This document shows, one piece after another, positions 61,001 to 64,000 of a DNA stretch of 64,000 nt. Position 1 is the first letter of the stretch, and the number at the start of each line of letters is the position of its first letter. The notes under the pieces are model-generated. The model had not been told where the DNA came from and did not search any database. It was given only the letters and a program-made list of their open reading frames with translations. The stretch spans positions 1,054,001-1,118,000 of the forward strand of contig LSRY02000011.1 of NCBI GenBank assembly GCA_001643675.2, given 5' to 3'. This DNA is from Monocercomonoides exilis PA203 (taxonomy: Eukaryota > Protista > Preaxostyla). The translations under genes were made by a program, and so were the position numbers.

Positions 61001-62462
61001 TTTATCTTCAATTGAACGATTTCAAGTTCATTCTCCTTGTCAACATTTACTTTTTTCAGAACATTTGTTTCGCCAGTTAAGTTTTCTATGGTGTCTTCTG
61101 CCATTTTCATTTCGTTCTCAATTTTTTGAACTTCTCCTTTCAGTTTGCCAATCTGTTTGCTTTTTTCTGTCAGTTCGTATTCTAATTTCTGTTTTTGTTC
61201 TTCCACTTCTTCATTGCGTCTGTCCTTTTCCTTTATTTCCTGTTGCAGTTTTCTTCTTTCATCCTCAAACTGTTTTATTTTCTGGTTGTTCTTTTTAATT
61301 TCTTCCATATTCGTTTCATTTATATTTGTCAATGATTCAATTTGAACTTGCTTTCCATCCAATGCATTTTCCATCTTTTTTTCATTGATACGAAGCTCTT
61401 ATAAAGTCAATACAATACAAGTTACAAGTTACAAGTAACAAAGATAAATAAATAAATAAATAAAAGAAATGAAAAGAAATGATTATTAAAACAAATAAAA
61501 ATTCAGCAAACCGTTGATCGATGCTTGAAGCTCTCTAATTTGAAATTCATCGCCTTCTTTCAGTTCTGAATATTTATTGACAAGATTCACTCGCTCGTTT
61601 TCCCATTCTTCTAATTCTTCCCTGTGTGTTTTCTTGCAGTTATCCAATTCTGCTCTCAGCTTTTCTTTCTCTTTCATCTGTGTTTCCTTTTCAACACATT
61701 CCATTCTCCGAGATTCTTCTGTTTGCAGCAGTAACTTTTGAAGTTCTTCAATCTTTTTTTGTTTGTCGTTAATTTCCTCTGTATCTTGATTGCGCTTTTT
61801 GGTTAGTTCCTCAATTTTCTGTTTTTGCTCTTGAAGATCAGAAACAAGAATTTTTATTCTTTCATTGTCTTCAGATTGAATATCCTCTGCTTCGTGTTTA
61901 AACATCTTATATTCATTTTCAAGTTTGTTTGAAATTTCCTTCAGATTCTTATTTTCTTCGTTTAGCATTTCATAATTTTGATTAGCAGATGCCAACTCTT
62001 TCTGAATCTGTAAAAACTGTATTTTCCTGTTCTCTTCAATTTTTGAAACATCTTCCTTAAAATGTTGATACTCCAATTGAATTTTTGTGCATTCATTTTC
62101 CTTGCTTATTAAAAACTCTGCAAGTTTTTCTTTTTCCATTTTCATTTTTCTCTTAAATTCTGAAGTTTCTGAGTCTTTCTCAGCTAACAAAATTAATGCA
62201 CTTTGCACTTCCTTCTCTTTTTCATTCAAGCCAAAGTGAAAAGTTCCAAATAGTTCTTCAAGATTTCCTTCAAGATGCTGAATCGTTTTATCATCTCCAA
62301 CTTCTTTTGTTTTATTTGTAATTCTTTGTTTTGCGATTCTATTTGTAAGTGATGAAAATTCTATTAAATGTCATTTAAAATAAACAACGTTCGAATCCTT
62401 GAACATTAAGAAAGAAACAATAATACTTAAAATCGCAAACGTTGAAAAATGTTGTCGCTCAT
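58087..62462 (-). CDS. Large coiled-coil protein with Ser-rich C-terminal half, about 3 exons
   Basis: ATG 62462 (MSDNIFQ, GT intron) splices in frame to an exon from ~62360 that continues into ORF 61486-62229; intron ~61400-61510; then ORF 58087-61374. Confidence 0.8.
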
Positions 62463-62665
62463 AAGTCAAATAAGCAATGTTATGCTTCTTCCTAATATTT
62501 ATTCCAACACTTAACTTGATGTTCTCTTTGATTAGAAAAAAACTCTGCAAAAAAAGGATAATTAAAATGAATTGAAATAAAAAATTTTATGGTTAATAAT
62601 TATTTAATTTGCTTGATTTTTTTGGCCAGCAGTTTTACAATCATTTAATTTTTAAGCAAGCAGAA

Positions 62666-64000
62666 ATGAAAAAATGCATGTGGAGATGTACAAAGCAGAA
62701 ATGGTTCCACATATATCCTTATCTGGTAGAAAAACTTGAAAACTCATTATTTGTCTCTATAAATTTAGAAATGCCCGGAAAATGGAATGTAAATAGTGAC
62801 ATGCAATCAAAAACTTATGAATCAAAATATAAGGAATATTGTGAATTTATCAAAACATCAAGTCTATTTGGCATTGGAATTTCTATATGGACAAAAACAA
62901 CTTTACAAACGCTTCATTCAAAGGAAAATTTCGACGTTTTAAATGTATTTTTACCTTGTATTAATATTGATGCATTTAATGTTACTCCAGATGAAATTAT
63001 ATGCTGCATAAAAAATGGACTTCAACTGGAAGATATTCTACTTCATGGAATTCCATATCAGCCTTGTGGTGGATGCGTTGAAGCTCCTGCTGCAAATGAC
63101 CTACCACAAGATAGTAATGTTGAATCATTTTTTCGAGCGTTATCAATTCTGAAAGTGCCGATCATTCTTAAAGATGCATTTTTTTCTTCGATGGTGCTGT
63201 TTCATTCATTTGTTGCTCCTTTACCAGAAAAATTGCCTGAATTTTGCAAGCTGTTTGAGAACGTGCATCCTGAAATTTACGATATTGAAGAGCTTCTTTT
63301 TGCAAGCAAATTTACAGAATGGAAATTTTCTGAAGATAATACCAATAAATTTCTTGATCGTGTATTTTTTCATTGCCTTTGGGATAACTGCTTACGATTT
63401 ATCAAAAGCAATATTAAGCACAGCGAGGGTGATTGTTCACAAGTGAAATCTGCGCCACCTTTTGACTGGAGATTAGAGGAAGAGATTTTGAAAGACGAGG
63501 AATATTCGTTTGCAGATTCTAGAAAATTTCTTAGTGCTTCAAAGATGTCCCCGTTTCTTCTTCAAATTGAAAGTCGAAGAATACTACGAATGATGATGAT
63601 GAGTTCTGAGAGCGAAAGCGGGTTTCAAAATATTAAGAACGACAAACAAAATGATTCCGCATTATTGCACTCGCATGATGAAAATAAGAATATTTCATTT
63701 ATGGCACTTTTATGGGGCAAAAACAAACAAAAAACTGAAGAAACGCAAAGAATTGAAGCATCGCTTTTAAATGAATACGAAAGCTCTTTTCCAGCAAAGT
63801 CATTAGTTAAGGAGTATTTGGAACAAAGTCATACTGAAGAAGAAGACGTGTTTTTTGAAAGGTTTGACGATGACAGCATGAGCGAAGAGAAAGAAGAAGA
63901 TTACGATAGCAATAATGAACAATGCCAAAAAAATGAACAAAAAGCAGAAACGAAACACGAAGTGATAGAAAAGTCTAATAAGCATAAAAAAGACAACCAA
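62666..64000 (+). CDS. CAF1-family (PARN/TOE1-like) ribonuclease-fold protein, catalytically degenerate; 3' partial
   Basis: Frame open from ATG 62666 towards the window end (not in the ORF track). FVSINLEMPG, SLFGIGISIW and KVPIILKDAFFSSMVLFHSFVAPLPEKLPEFCKLFENVHPEIYD follow the PARN pattern. Confidence 0.72.
   Translation, partial: MKKCMWRCTKQKWFHIYPYLVEKLENSLFVSINLEMPGKWNVNSDMQSKTYESKYKEYCEFIKTSSLFGIGISIWTKTTLQTLHSKENFDVLNVFLPCINIDAFNVTPDEIICCIKNGLQLEDILLHGIPYQPCGGCVEAPAANDLPQDSNVESFFRALSILKVPIILKDAFFSSMVLFHSFVAPLPEKLPEFCKLFENVHPEIYDIEELLFASKFTEWKFSEDNTNKFLDRVFFHCLWDNCLRFIKSNIKHSEGDCSQVKSAPPFDWRLEEEILKDEEYSFADSRKFLSASKMSPFLLQIESRRILRMMMMSSESESGFQNIKNDKQNDSALLHSHDENKNISFMALLWGKNKQKTEETQRIEASLLNEYESSFPAKSLVKEYLEQSHTEEEDVFFERFDDDSMSEEKEEDYDSNNEQCQKNEQKAETKHEVIEKSNKHKKDNQ

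Overview
AT-rich eukaryotic genomic DNA in the standard genetic code, with short GT-AG spliceosomal introns and Ser/Glu/Gln low-complexity tracts. Gene style and multicopy families resemble the oxymonad Monocercomonoides (inference from memory, not searched). The window holds: (i) two paralogous intronless giant receptor-like genes (signal peptide, Cys-rich beta-helix-like repeats, one TM helix, degenerate kinase C-lobe) inside a ~5.6 kb segmental duplication (1-~5570 vs 37726-~43290); (ii) a transposon/pseudogene zone at ~5.6-21 kb with a 3.5 kb element bounded by 913-bp inverted repeats around a decayed ISXO2/Merlin-type transposase, two more Merlin remnants, a pogo/DDE_1 remnant and scrambled host-gene fragments; (iii) host genes at 21-32 kb, including a CCDC33-like protein; (iv) a second mobile zone at 43-52.5 kb with a foldback MITE, ATAT-flanked GGG-terminal MITEs and an intron-containing Sola-like DDE transposase, possibly in a 7.5 kb cargo-carrying element; (v) compact housekeeping genes: STT3, NME7-like (first NDK domain lacks the catalytic His), a coiled-coil gene and a PARN/CAF1-like gene with a degenerate DEDD site. 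Family assignments rest on motif recognition by eye.
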